64,000 nt of DNA from positions 16,101 to 80,100 of the forward strand of contig JBAXGH010000001.1 in NCBI GenBank assembly GCA_037139515.1, read 5' to 3'. The notes beneath the pieces are model-generated. The model was given only the letters and a program-made list of their open reading frames with translations. It had not been told where the DNA came from and did not search any database. The stretch is from a bacterium (GTDB lineage Bacteria; Patescibacteriota; Patescibacteriia; JBAXGH01). This document shows, in pieces, positions 63,749 through 64,000 of this stretch. Position numbers and translations under genes: made by a program. Within the stretch, counting starts at the first letter, position 1. Each line of letters begins with the position of its first letter.

Positions 63749-64000
63749 CTATAACATCACTTTCTCGACTTTGACATCCTCACCCAGCCATTTTCGCGCC
63801 AAATCCACGGTTCCTATGCGCGCATCGGTGAGCGCGAGCGTGAGTTCGCCATCGCCATCAAATAATTCTCCGCTGAAAATCTCTTTCACGATTCCTTCGC
63901 GAAAATAGTTCAAAACCGCAGGACCGGATTCAACGAGTTCAACTTTTTTTCCGACGACGCTCGCAATTGTTGCTTCCATGAACGGAAAATGAGTACAACC
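63749..64000 (-). CDS. murI: Glutamate racemase, C-terminal part (truncated by window)
   Basis: The frame extends to the window edge as GCTHFP, followed by LVESG. Confidence 0.75.
   Translation of the reverse strand, partial: GCTHFPFMEATIASVVGKKVELVESGPAVLNYFREGIVKEIFSGELFDGDGELTLALTDARIGTVDLARKWLGEDVKVEKVML

Overview
Bacterial chromosomal window in genetic code 11. The gene content and short, mostly SD-less leaders suggest a Patescibacteria/CPR (Parcubacteria-like) genome; this is inference, not a classification. It carries translation genes (rpsB, tsf, rpmE, prfA, prmC, rplY, secE, nusG, rplK, pheS, pheT), glycolysis genes (gpmI, eno, pgk, gap), an intein-containing gyrB, a lexA-dinB SOS cluster and scattered single accessory genes. 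The main accessory system is a complete diversity-generating retroelement (DGR) at about 25.0-28.8 kb: RT, Avd-like protein, template repeat (TR), and a variable repeat (VR) in a frameshifted target gene. Its layout is unusual. avd lies antisense between TR and RT, TR appears to have its own promoter and terminator, and one C9/G9 tract overlaps the starts of both RT and avd. A second, orphan DGR-type target with no matching TR sits at about 62 kb. Intergenic DNA holds several structured repeat families: 3'-UTR hairpins with a conserved loop and covarying stems, a second two-copy RNA-like motif, REP-like palindromes (two inside coding frames) and inverted heptamer/octamer arrays. No rRNA, tRNA or CRISPR array was recognised. 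All alignments and counts were done by eye.
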